Shown here one piece after another: positions 63,926-64,000 of a stretch of 64,000 nucleotides of DNA (position 1 is its first letter; the number at the start of each line of letters is the position of its first letter). Source of the DNA: Thalia democratica (taxonomy: Eukaryota); assembly GCA_965202585.1 (NCBI GenBank), contig OZ241828.1, positions 54,312,001 through 54,376,000 on the forward strand. The letters run 5' to 3'. The notes beneath the pieces were generated by a model. That model was not told where the DNA came from. It worked only from the letters and a program-made list of their open reading frames with translations, and did not search any database. The translations under genes and the position numbers were made by a program.

Positions 63926-64000
63926 CTCGTGAGTTATCAAGTACCTTGGTATGGTTACTTGGCAATCTGCAACAAAGTGATCTGTTATACTTTTCCGATC
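63917..64000 (-). CDS. PARP-fold ART, copy C, C-terminal 27 codons; continues right of the window
   Basis: Minus strand reads DRKSITDHFVADCQVTIPRYLITHEAW-stop. Confidence 0.8.
   Translation of the reverse strand, partial: DRKSITDHFVADCQVTIPRYLITHEAW

Larger units (their letters stand above)
61880..64000. repeat. Third, more diverged copy of the ART gene 3' region (homologous to ~8280-10450)
   Basis: Matching blocks such as cattaatgcacacagattttatgtttgatctt, ataccgattagttttatt, agaaccagactttctt and ctttgtctacaaagtacaag. Interrupted by an insertion starting at 62105. Confidence 0.85.

Overview
Strongly AT-rich animal genomic DNA with GT-AG introns and Penelope-like, CR1, hAT, pogo and foldback-type transposons. 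The species cannot be assigned from the sequence. No rRNA, tRNA or CRISPR array is recognisable. The main structure is a ~38-kb tandem duplication (1-~21165 matches ~38011-~59221), plus a third partial copy at ~61.9-64 kb. The repeated unit carries three co-oriented minus-strand genes. (1) A 15-exon, ~882-codon multi-pass membrane KAP-family P-loop NTPase (NKPD1/Kidins220-like) with an RRM-like domain inserted on a symmetric exon. (2) A 244-aa stand-alone PARP-fold ADP-ribosyltransferase with no targeting domains and Asp at the usual catalytic-Glu position. (3) A ~280-aa Cys-rich orphan with a signal peptide, a C-terminal HDEF ER-retrieval-like motif and a hypervariable centre. In the second unit the NTPase and the ART each carry one early nonsense codon, while the ER protein is intact and strongly diverged. 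My best candidate for an undescribed system is this amplifying NTPase + ART + variable ER-protein cassette, possibly for innate defence or recognition; that function is inference only. All family calls come from motif recognition and all counts from hand alignments; no database search was run. The two large copies could alternatively be uncollapsed haplotypes.
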